34,830 bases of DNA, taken from positions 1-34,830 of the IMG/VR virus record IMGVR_UViG_3300045988_177761; one strand, given 5' to 3'. Of the stretch, positions 7,772 through 15,098 are shown piece by piece. Each line of letters begins with the position of its first letter. Positions within the stretch are counted from its first letter, which is position 1. This DNA comes from a virus. Below the pieces are notes generated by a model. It saw nothing but the letters and a program-made list of their open reading frames with translations, had not been told where the DNA came from and did not search any database. Made by a program: the position numbers and the translations under genes.

Positions 7772-7773
7772 GG

Positions 7774-8256
7774 TTGCAGATGGATGATTTTGAAAATCTT
7801 TTAGAAAAAGTTACGAGAGATATTCCAGTTATCGAATTACCACTAGAAGCAGATACTGGATATACTGGTCTTTACAGAAATAACCGTATTTACTTAGATA
7901 AAACTAAATCAAACAGGAAAAAGAAGGTCGTTTTAGCTGAGGAATTTGGTCATCACAAAAGAACAGTCGGTAATATTCTTAATTATAAAGATCCCGAGGC
8001 TTGGAAAGAAGAATGGAAAGCTAGAAGATATGGTATTGAAATTCTGATCACACTTGATGATCTCTTAGACTGTGCTTTGAATGGATGCAACAACATTTAT
8101 GAATGCAGCGAACACCTGAACGTAACTCCCGAATTTTTTGAAGATACTCTCATTCACTATTTCAATAAATACGGTAAATACCATTATCATCGCAACTATA
8201 AATTTACATTCGACAATGAGTTTATATTCGTGGAACCTATTAAAATTTTTGGATAA
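7774..8256 (+). CDS. Putative ImmA/IrrE-family metallopeptidase-like protein (repressor-associated).
   Basis: It sits immediately downstream of the cI-like gene, which is the classic position. Motif LAEEFGHH is HExxH-like but degenerate (first His absent). Confidence 0.45.
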   Translation: MQMDDFENLLEKVTRDIPVIELPLEADTGYTGLYRNNRIYLDKTKSNRKKKVVLAEEFGHHKRTVGNILNYKDPEAWKEEWKARRYGIEILITLDDLLDCALNGCNNIYECSEHLNVTPEFFEDTLIHYFNKYGKYHYHRNYKFTFDNEFIFVEPIKIFG

Positions 8257-8263
8257 ACAAAAA

Positions 8264-8293
8264 ATCTTTTGGAAGTTCCCGCTCCCAAAAGAT
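8264..8293. terminator. Perfect 9-bp hairpin (atcttttgg/ccaaaagat) between the ImmA-like gene and ltp.
   Basis: Seen directly. A-run upstream. No strong T-run downstream on the plus strand. Confidence 0.3.
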
Positions 8294-8349
8294 CTGCTCA
8301 TTTCTGAGACTGTACAAATATATTATATCAAAGAAATGAGGAAAGAAAA

Positions 8350-9060
8350 ATGGCAAAAAGAGTTAGAGGCGAAGATGGTAAAATGTACAAGGTTAAGAAA
8401 CCATTTTACAAAAGGGTTTGGTTTTGGGTACTAGCTATTATCTTTATAGCAATAGTGGGTAACGGTTTATCTGGTGGTAATAATGATTCTGCTGCCGAAA
8501 AATCTTCAAATAGCTCTTCTGTTGCAGACAAATCGACGAGTTCATCAATTAAAGAAGAAAGTTCATCTACAGTTGTTGAAAAAGAGTCTAAGCCAGAAGA
8601 TAATGTTTCTAGCGAATTTAAATCTGCACTGAATCAAGCGAAATCATATTCAGATACAATGCACATGTCCAAACAAGGAATCTATGATCAGCTAGTATCC
8701 GAGTATGGTGGTCAATTTCAACCTGATGCTGCGCAGTATGCAATTGATAATATCCAAGCTGACTGGAATGCTAACGCACTGGCACAAGCTGAATCTTATT
8801 CAGATTCGATGCATCTGTCTAAACAAGGAATTTATGACCAACTAATTTCTGAAAATGGCGGTCAATTTACAGCTGAAGAAGCGCAATACGCTATTGATAA
8901 CATTAAAGCTGATTGGAATGCTAATGCATTGGAACAAGCAAAGAGTTATCAAGAAAGCATGTCAATGTCCCCTGAAGGAATTAGAGATCAATTAGTTTCT
9001 GAATACGGAGGTCAGTTCACACAAGAAGAGGCTGATTACGCTGTTAATAATTTAAATTAA
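8350..9060 (+). CDS. ltp: Ltp-family superinfection-exclusion protein (host surface-exposed, three tandem Ltp repeats) with an N-terminal TM anchor.
   Basis: Three repeats of about 50 aa (K/ESYSDxMHxSKQGIYDQLxSExGGQFxxxxAQYAIDNIxADWNANAL). TM segment VWFWVLAIIFIAIVG with no lipobox Cys. Located between repressor and integrase. Confidence 0.7.
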   Translation: MAKRVRGEDGKMYKVKKPFYKRVWFWVLAIIFIAIVGNGLSGGNNDSAAEKSSNSSSVADKSTSSSIKEESSSTVVEKESKPEDNVSSEFKSALNQAKSYSDTMHMSKQGIYDQLVSEYGGQFQPDAAQYAIDNIQADWNANALAQAESYSDSMHLSKQGIYDQLISENGGQFTAEEAQYAIDNIKADWNANALEQAKSYQESMSMSPEGIRDQLVSEYGGQFTQEEADYAVNNLN

Positions 9061-9167
9061 TAAAAAACACGTCCCTCTTCTTGGCGGTCGAGGACGTGCT
9101 GGACCCAAATAAACGTAAGGCTTATTTAGTCATGCCTATTGTAGCAAAACTAAGGAGTTGAATCAAT

Positions 9168-10301
9168 ATGGCTAGTATTCAAAAGAAAGATAATGGTTGG
9201 CAGTATCGTGTTTCTTATAAGGATACTGATGGTAAATACAAAACAAAAACTAAAGGGAAATTCGCTACAAAAAAAGAAGCTCATTTAGCTGCAGCTGCTA
9301 TTGAAAAAAAACTAACTGAAGGGTTTAAAATTTCTGATGCTGATCAAGAATTTCCTGTCTATTTTCGAGAATGGTATGAAGTTTATAGAAAAGGCAAATT
9401 TTCAAAAGCAAATGATGCTGATATAGAAAAGTCTATAAAATTTGCGGAAGCAAATTTCAAAGGAATAAAACTTAAAGATTTGAATAGGAAAATTTATCAG
9501 CAGAAGTTGAATGAATTTGCTAAAACAAGACGATCCTCCACTGTCTCTAAAATTCACATCTATATGAAAGCAGCCATCCAGGATGCACTGCAAGAAGGAA
9601 TTATTTTTAAAGACCCTACTTATAAGGTTTCATCTCGTGGTGGTATTTCAGATAAATCAGATAGAGATAAATTCCTAAGCTACAATGAAACCAAAAAACT
9701 CACAAATTCTTTGATTGATGGCATCAAGCCAACCTACGTATCTAGATATATGATTCTTTTAGGTATTGCTACAGGAATGCGATATGCGGAGATACTTGGA
9801 TTGACTTGGAACTGTATAGATTTTGAAGATAAAACTGTTAGAGTTGAGAAAACATGGGACTATGTATACAAACAAGACTTTTCAAATACAAAGAATTACC
9901 AATCAATGCGCCTTATTACTGTTGACGACTTCACTCTTGACCTTTTAAAACAATTAAAGAAACATCAACGTGAATATTATTTTGGTAGGATACTAAAGAA
10001 TGAGAAAAATCTAGTTTTCCTAAATGACGATATGGAGTTGATATCAAACTCTGCAGTAAACAAAACGTTGAAGAAACATCAAAAGAAAATTGGAATAGAT
10101 CAACCGATAAACTTTCATGGACTTCGACATACACATGCATCAATACTTATCTATCAAGGTGTTAATCTAAAATACGTTTCCAGACGTTTGGGCCATAAAA
10201 AAATTGAAACGACATTAGGTATTTATCAGCATATTCTTGATGAAATGGAACAAAAAGAGTCTCAAATCGTTAGCACGACAATGAGTGAGCTGTTTGCATG
10301 A
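9168..10301 (+). CDS. int: Phage integrase (tyrosine recombinase).
   Basis: HGLRHTHAS...LGHKKIETTLGIYQHI catalytic region. AAGGAG RBS. Last gene of the lysogeny module, next to the attP-like region. Confidence 0.9.
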   Translation: MASIQKKDNGWQYRVSYKDTDGKYKTKTKGKFATKKEAHLAAAAIEKKLTEGFKISDADQEFPVYFREWYEVYRKGKFSKANDADIEKSIKFAEANFKGIKLKDLNRKIYQQKLNEFAKTRRSSTVSKIHIYMKAAIQDALQEGIIFKDPTYKVSSRGGISDKSDRDKFLSYNETKKLTNSLIDGIKPTYVSRYMILLGIATGMRYAEILGLTWNCIDFEDKTVRVEKTWDYVYKQDFSNTKNYQSMRLITVDDFTLDLLKQLKKHQREYYFGRILKNEKNLVFLNDDMELISNSAVNKTLKKHQKKIGIDQPINFHGLRHTHASILIYQGVNLKYVSRRLGHKKIETTLGIYQHILDEMEQKESQIVSTTMSELFA

Positions 10302-10313
10302 ATTCATAATCTC

Positions 10314-10528
10314 GTGCAAAATTGGTGCAAAATCATTCTATTTTCTCTAGTTTTCTCCCACTTTCTTATATTTAAAAAAATGCAAGAACCCTTGATATAT
10401 AAGCATTCCTTATATAGTCAAGGGTTCTTCTGGTTTCTTCATAAGGAGAGTACAAGCCTAAAACCCCCATTACAAACATTGATTTATAAGCTATTTTTCA
10501 AAGTTAATGCAAAATTGATGCAAAATAA
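10314..10528. other. Candidate attP: two pairs of TGCAAAAT arm-type repeats (10314..10335 and 10507..10528) flanking a 20-bp-stem hairpin (10382..10430).
   Basis: Direct reading finds TGCAAAATtggTGCAAAAT and TGCAAAATtgaTGCAAAAT. The hairpin arms are gcaagaacccttgatatataag and cttatatagtcaagggttcttc. Confidence 0.4.
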
Positions 10529-10574
10529 ATTTTCTTAGTGAGAACTGTTTTTTTCAAATTATTATTAGTCACTC

Positions 10575-10603
10575 TTTACATAAAGAACATTTGTTCGTAT
10601 AAT
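10575..10603 (+). promoter_or_regulatory. Consensus-like sigma-A promoter (TTTACA, 17 nt spacer, TATAAT) driving the plus-strand moron cassette.
   Basis: Read directly. AAGGAG RBS and ATG follow at 10610..10626. Confidence 0.6.
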
Positions 10604-10623
10604 TCTTGCAAGGAGTGATTGAT

Positions 10624-10857
10624 ATGCAAATACCACTTGCGCACCAACGAACCTATGCATTAGAAAGATACTATTATGAATTTATCGAAAGAATGGGTCC
10701 TGCACACTTATTGTACGATCAATTTGTTAGAACTATGGAGAACTTCGGCAAACCCTATTTCACCATCCCCAGCAGTTACAGCGGATATCCGGAAGAGTTG
10801 GCGTTTGTATTTAAAAAAGATGGTGACAACTACCTGTTTGATCATGTTAGGACGTAA
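10624..10857 (+). CDS. Hypothetical protein (77 aa), first gene of the plus-strand accessory cassette.
   Basis: ATG at 10624 lies 8 nt after AAGGAG. The ORF-track start at 10606 is a TTG inside the RBS. Confidence 0.5.
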   Translation: MQIPLAHQRTYALERYYYEFIERMGPAHLLYDQFVRTMENFGKPYFTIPSSYSGYPEELAFVFKKDGDNYLFDHVRT

Positions 10858-10916
10858 GACAAGATTCTCCGAAAATACGACCCTAACACAAAGTATAAAC
10901 CCGGCGGCAACTGATA

Positions 10917-11182
10917 TGAACATAATCAGTCAATATGAGCAGGGCTACCTATCTTTTTCTGAGTTTAGAAATGAATTTCCTGACTCCATTTCTGAGTCAC
11001 AGGAAGCTTTATACGGCTCAAAATGTATTGAATTTTATGTCGCTGTCGTATTAGGTAAAACAGATTGTTGCTATTATGTACAACGCTATGGAGGCGATTG
11101 TTATGAAATCGATGAAAGGTGTAGTTTCGAAGATACGTATGTTGAAAATGAGCAAGACCCCTTTGGTCCGTTTCTCTCTTGA
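10917..11182 (+). CDS. Hypothetical Cys-rich protein (88 aa, C-terminal part of ORF 10676..11182).
   Basis: Coding-like sequence with CCYY..C..C. Weak RBS. The N-terminal half of the track ORF overlaps the preceding gene and looks non-coding. Confidence 0.3.
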
Positions 11183-11372
11183 CGGTGTGAACTGTCTTAT
11201 TGCTGCCCACAGTTTGAACTTTTTAGTTGACGTTGATGAGGGAATGCAAATCGTGGTTGCTGGCGAGTATAATGATCGGGAGCAGTTTGTTGTGAAGAAG
11301 TATTCGGTGATTGGAGAAACTAAAATTATGATTGAATTCGAGTCTTTAAATAGAACGTTAAATACGCTATAA
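11103..11372 (+). CDS. Hypothetical protein (89 aa).
   Basis: GGAGG lies 8 nt before the ATG at 11103. Overlaps the previous ORF by about 80 nt in another frame, so one of the two may be spurious. Confidence 0.4.
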   Translation: MKSMKGVVSKIRMLKMSKTPLVRFSLDGVNCLIAAHSLNFLVDVDEGMQIVVAGEYNDREQFVVKKYSVIGETKIMIEFESLNRTLNTL

Positions 11373-11402
11373 TGATTACGATGTAGAAACATAGTTTCAC
11401 TT

Positions 11403-11434
11403 GCGCAGTGTATGTAAATACGCTGTGCTTTTTT
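11403..11434 (+). terminator. Rho-independent terminator of the plus-strand cassette.
   Basis: gcgcagtgta..tacgctgtgc stem followed by TTTTTT. Confidence 0.55.
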
Positions 11435-11439
11435 GTGCA

Positions 11440-11472
11440 AAAAAATAACCCACTCTCGGGGGAGAGTGGGTT
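11440..11472 (-). terminator. Rho-independent terminator (minus orientation) with a perfect 11-bp stem AACCCACTCTC/GAGAGTGGGTT and a GGGG loop.
   Basis: Seen directly. The A7 run on the plus strand becomes a U7 tail on the minus strand. Confidence 0.6.
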
Positions 11473-11798
11473 CACAGAAATAAAAATGAAAGGTTCTAGG
11501 TAAATAAAGTGTAATCGATTTTGATTGATAATTCAATAGCCTATCTTGAATATATATTGACGAAATTTCGTCGCAAGTATCTATTCAATCATAACTATGT
11601 TACAATAGAAAACGAAGAGTGTTAGGCATACGTTAAGATAGTCTTCCCCAATCTTCTTAATCACCTAGCACTCTTCTTAGAGTAAATGCATGTTGTAATA
11701 TAAACATATTAAAAAAGATTATTTTTTGCAAATGATTTGAATTTGAAGTAATGAAAAAAGACTTTAGCTTTCACTAGGGTCTTTGTCTACATAGCACC

Positions 11799-11975
11799 TC
11801 AAAAAGTATGTGACAAATGATTTGTTTTATTATTGAAACTGTTATGCACGTTTTTGTTTTTGTTTGGAATAAAATCTTTAACAGTGGACCTTACATCTAT
11901 GATTCTTGGTGAAAAATTTTTACTCTCTAAAAAAACTTTTGATCTCGTGTTAGTATCTTTAATCAACTTAACCAT
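11799..11975 (-). CDS. Small Lys/Asn-rich hypothetical protein (58 aa), translationally coupled to the proteasome-like gene.
   Basis: AAGGAGG lies 7 nt before the ATG. The ATG overlaps the upstream stop (AATGGTTAA). Below the ORF-track size cutoff. AT-rich region, so it could be spurious. Confidence 0.35.
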   Translation of the reverse strand: MVKLIKDTNTRSKVFLESKNFSPRIIDVRSTVKDFIPNKNKNVHNSFNNKTNHLSHTF

Positions 11976-13164
11976 TTGTAGTCCTCCTTAATTTATATCC
12001 TAAATTATCATCCAAATTAAAGTAATGCTTTCTTTTTACCCATATAGGTCCTTCACTAGGAGTAATAGCAAGTACATCTATTGGACCTCCAACAGTTTCT
12101 ATTGAAGTACTATATTTCCGTTTAAAACTTGTAAGATTTATTAAAGTTTCAGCAATGACTGATGTTTCTTCAACTGGCAATAATGCAATCATGTCCAACA
12201 TCGGGTCTATATACATTTTCCGTTGTATTTCAGACAAGTGATCTATAATTTCAGTATACTTTTCCTTCTCTATACCGTCAAATTTCACAGATTGATCAGC
12301 AAGAAATTGAGATAACTGTGGATCAATACCTTGAACAACAGTATTTACAACATCATCTTGAGCAAAAGGGATTATAGTCGACTTAAGCTCTGAATGTCCT
12401 TGACCAATTCGAGCGTTAACATAGGAGGAATATTTAAATTCATTCATAATAAAAGAATATATTCTAAACGAAATCAAAGATGGAAGAATCTCGTCCTCGC
12501 CGTATCCTGCAATCACAATTCCTGTTGCTGAGAGGAATAAGTTATCTCTGATTAGCGTAAAATAAATCAACTCAAATAAATCAAAACTTATGGCTTCCGA
12601 AACTTCATCTATAGTTGAGATATTATAAAGAACACTTAAAAAAAGAGGGTAATACTTTTCTTTAAATTTAGCTGCATCTAATTCTATAATATATTCTTGC
12701 CCAAATTGGTTTTTGATATTCTTAATTGCTTCTCGTAACAGAGCAATCAAGACTTCTGAATCAATTTTTTGCCCCTGTGATATCAGAAAATTAATTGTCT
12801 CCTCCGTGTTTGAGAAAACCGTATTAACTACCTTACTTATAAAGACTTTAATATATTTATCTTGAATTTCATCGTTCTTTAAAAATTTGTTTGTTCTCAA
12901 ATATTCTACAAAAGAATTTGCATAATCTTCTATTTTACTCTGTTTTGTGTTTCCTATGTACTTCCTATATTCCCCTATTATGATATCCCAAGGAGTTTCC
13001 ATAAATTCACCATTTCCATAAACCATAATACCCACAGAATGATTTGAACTAAGCGTAAATAGTTTCCTTGCAGAATTATATACTTTATTGTCACCTATTG
13101 TTGAAGCTGAGTCAGACGCTAATACTATGCCACTTTTATTTAAAATTGCTATTTCAGCAGTCAT
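11968..13164 (-). CDS. Proteasome beta-subunit/HslV-like N-terminal-nucleophile (Ntn) threonine peptidase, expanded 398-aa form, carried as a phage accessory gene.
   Basis: The N-terminus MTAEIAILNKSGIVLASDSASTIGDNKVYNSARKLF has Thr at position 1 (after fMet removal), Asp at 17 and Lys at 33. This is the canonical catalytic-triad spacing of proteasome beta subunits and HslV. A later ATGIVIAGYGEDE and ARIGQGHSE resemble the vaGxD and GSG segments of the same fold. Own promoter (TTTACA, 17 nt, GATAAT) and GAGGTG RBS. Confidence 0.6.
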   Translation of the reverse strand: MTAEIAILNKSGIVLASDSASTIGDNKVYNSARKLFTLSSNHSVGIMVYGNGEFMETPWDIIIGEYRKYIGNTKQSKIEDYANSFVEYLRTNKFLKNDEIQDKYIKVFISKVVNTVFSNTEETINFLISQGQKIDSEVLIALLREAIKNIKNQFGQEYIIELDAAKFKEKYYPLFLSVLYNISTIDEVSEAISFDLFELIYFTLIRDNLFLSATGIVIAGYGEDEILPSLISFRIYSFIMNEFKYSSYVNARIGQGHSELKSTIIPFAQDDVVNTVVQGIDPQLSQFLADQSVKFDGIEKEKYTEIIDHLSEIQRKMYIDPMLDMIALLPVEETSVIAETLINLTSFKRKYSTSIETVGGPIDVLAITPSEGPIWVKRKHYFNLDDNLGYKLRRTTNG

Positions 13165-13191
13165 TAGGACACCTCGAATACGTTTTTATTA

Positions 13192-13220
13192 ATTATCACC
13201 TTTCAAAACAATTTTGTAAA
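13192..13220 (-). promoter_or_regulatory. Sigma-A promoter for the proteasome-like gene.
   Basis: On the minus strand, TTTACA (rc of 13215..13220), 17 nt spacer, GATAAT (rc of 13192..13197). Confidence 0.5.
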
Positions 13221-13254
13221 TAGGATTTTTATACAACTTATCCTTTTTTAAAAG

Positions 13255-13296
13255 TGACACAAATAAACACTATGTATAAGCCCGCAAAAGCGGGCT
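13255..13296 (-). terminator. Terminator after the endolysin gene (AGCCCGC aaaa GCGGGCT plus a U-rich tail on the minus strand).
   Basis: Perfect 7-bp GC stem seen directly. Confidence 0.5.
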
Positions 13297-13302
13297 ATTA
13301 GT

Positions 13303-14244
13303 TTACCATGGAAGTTTATTGTTGTTCAACGCTCTTTGCAATGCTCGAACCATATCAGAAACTGGACTGATAATACCATCAACCGTAGTCTTTAACGCAC
13401 GTTGCATGGCTTTAATCATCTCTGTTCCACACAGTCCATCGATTGCCCCTTTGTAGAATCCTTTGGCTTTCAATCGTTTTTGCCATGTACGAATAAGATT
13501 CGATCCAATCAATGTTTTATCAAATTTCGCTGCATACAGATTCTTGTTACACGCTTGCCGATATTGATGACTGATCTCGTCATCCGGTGTCATTCCTTCG
13601 TATTCCATCGCCCGATTAGCTGTTCCTGGGCCAAACATCCCATCTTCTGGAATTCTAGTGTAACTTGGCTTAACCGAAGGCTTGCTTGGTTTTCCTGCTG
13701 GTTTAGAACTGTTTGATTCTCCAAACACTGCATCTTTGAATCGTTCTAACTCACTTGGTTTTGCTACCCAAGGCGCTGGACAATTCTTGCCAGTAACATC
13801 ATAATGTCGCCAGATTTTGTCTCGTGTAATATTTGGATACTTAGCGATCAACTCTTTTACTACTTTTACTGTATTTTGGAATGTCTTTTCAGTGATCTTC
13901 CCGTTTCTATCCAAACACATTTCTATTCCGATTGTTGAATAATTGGCATTGCCAATAATACTTCTTAATGGATAATACGGTTGCCCGTTAACATATTTTT
14001 GAATGTCATTTGCATGGTAAGCCACTTCATTCAATGGAATGATACAAATAGCTTCCTCATCATCCACAAACAAATGAGCAGAAGCATAAACACCATTCAG
14101 GTTGTTAAAGTAGCTTTTATGGTTTCGTGCAGTTCCTCCGTTGTTCGCAGTATAATGCATGATCAAGCCTTTGATTCCAGAATTTTTAATTCCTGGACGA
14201 GAAAATTTGTTGATTCGGATATACTCGTATTTAATAAAGCTCAT
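13303..14244 (-). CDS. Endolysin: N-acetylmuramoyl-L-alanine amidase (amidase_2/PGRP type) with a C-terminal peptidoglycan-binding domain.
   Basis: N-terminal LIMHYTAN...AHLFVDDEE...NCP amidase_2 signatures. C-terminal QKRLKAKGFYKGAIDGLCGTEMIKAMQ is PG_binding_1-like. GGAGG RBS. Confidence 0.85.
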   Translation of the reverse strand: MSFIKYEYIRINKFSRPGIKNSGIKGLIMHYTANNGGTARNHKSYFNNLNGVYASAHLFVDDEEAICIIPLNEVAYHANDIQKYVNGQPYYPLRSIIGNANYSTIGIEMCLDRNGKITEKTFQNTVKVVKELIAKYPNITRDKIWRHYDVTGKNCPAPWVAKPSELERFKDAVFGESNSSKPAGKPSKPSVKPSYTRIPEDGMFGPGTANRAMEYEGMTPDDEISHQYRQACNKNLYAAKFDKTLIGSNLIRTWQKRLKAKGFYKGAIDGLCGTEMIKAMQRALKTTVDGIISPVSDMVRALQRALNNNKLPW

Positions 14245-14272
14245 TTTTTATTCCTCCGATTGTTATTATTTT

Positions 14273-14323
14273 TGATATACTCTCCTTATCAGTGAGTGGT
14301 CGGCTGAAATAACTGATAAGGAG
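14273..14323. promoter_or_regulatory. Extended -10 promoter (TGaTATACT, 14273..14281) overlapping a perfect 12-bp inverted repeat (ctccttatcagt, 14282..14293 / actgataaggag, 14312..14323) that contains the SD of the plus-strand gene.
   Basis: Read directly. The IR also lies in the untranslated leader 25 nt upstream of the endolysin RBS on the minus strand. Confidence 0.5.
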
Positions 14324-14331
14324 GTGTACTC

Positions 14332-14514
14332 ATGAGAGCAGAGCGGATTGAACAAATACTTTCTGATCATGGAGTCGCTCAATCAAAAGAACTTTCTTTA
14401 GCATTGGAAAAGATTTTGAAAGAATTCTCCAAAGATCGTGATTTAGCGAAACATGTTTCTGAAAACATAGCTCGTAAAAATAGAACGAACTCTATTCTTC
14501 GTGGAGAACGATAA
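14332..14514 (+). CDS. Hypothetical small protein (60 aa) encoded antisense within the lysis cassette.
   Basis: AAGGAGGTG RBS 7 nt before the ATG. Convergent with the 69-aa minus-strand gene. Confidence 0.5.
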   Translation: MRAERIEQILSDHGVAQSKELSLALEKILKEFSKDRDLAKHVSENIARKNRTNSILRGER

Positions 14515-14532
14515 TTTTATACAAGCTGCTAT

Positions 14533-14742
14533 TTATTTAGTGGCTTGTTTTATCATTTTTTTATAAATTTCCGAATAGATTAGATCGTCCAACTTGTATT
14601 TACTCGAATAACCATCAACCAAGGATTGAAGAGCTTCTTCGTACGTCTCATGCTCTTCTAAAAGCTGATATGCAATACTTTTGATCTCTGTTTCTACAAA
14701 CACATGTAATTTTTCAAACCTCTTCGTAATTTCTTGTTTCAT
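14533..14742 (-). CDS. Hypothetical protein (69 aa from MKQEIT).
   Basis: GGAGGAA lies 6 nt upstream of the internal ATG. The N-terminal extension in the track lacks an RBS. Confidence 0.4.
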   Translation of the reverse strand: MKQEITKRFEKLHVFVETEIKSIAYQLLEEHETYEEALQSLVDGYSSKYKLDDLIYSEIYKKMIKQATK

Positions 14743-14787
14743 TACTGATTCCTCCAATTTCTGTATTAAAAAAGAGCAGCCGATTGG

Positions 14788-15096
14788 CTACTCCTTCTTG
14801 TCTGTAAATTCTTGGCCATCGCCGTAATCAACCGTATCGCTTTTTGGTTGATCATAAGTAAGCGCCTGTTGGCTATCCGCGATACCTGTAGTTGTTGGAT
14901 CATTAACGATACCAATAATCACTAGCACTGCAAATACTGTGTTTACTACAACAATCAGTTTATTGACCAAGTCACCAAAATCGTACTCAAATCCAAATAC
15001 TGCAGCAATTGCTTGCACTGCTAGTGCTAGTGCTGGAATAACTGCCAACCAAAAAGCCTTACTTTTCAAACGTAATTTCCAATTAATATTGTTCAT
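14788..15096 (-). CDS. Holin (two TM segments, phi-LC3-like class).
   Basis: Hydrophobic helices FWLAVIPALALAVQAIAAVFGF and LIVVVNTVFAVLVIIGIV with a charged C-terminal tail. GGAGGT RBS. Position is upstream of the endolysin. Confidence 0.7.
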   Translation of the reverse strand: MNNINWKLRLKSKAFWLAVIPALALAVQAIAAVFGFEYDFGDLVNKLIVVVNTVFAVLVIIGIVNDPTTTGIADSQQALTYDQPKSDTVDYGDGQEFTDKKE

Positions 15097-15098
15097 GT

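Noticed and set aside
9063-9105. Hairpin CACGTCC..GGACGTG between ltp and int as a plus-strand terminator.
   Set aside because: No T-run follows on the plus strand. The A-run precedes it, so at best it is a minus-oriented or weak terminator. Recorded but not called.
10314-10538. 74-aa plus-strand ORF across the attP-like region.
   Set aside because: Spans the arm repeats and the large hairpin, has no RBS, and its composition is non-coding-like.
11051-11536. 161-aa minus-strand ORF.
   Set aside because: Runs antisense through the plus-strand cassette and straight across both terminator hairpins. No RBS.
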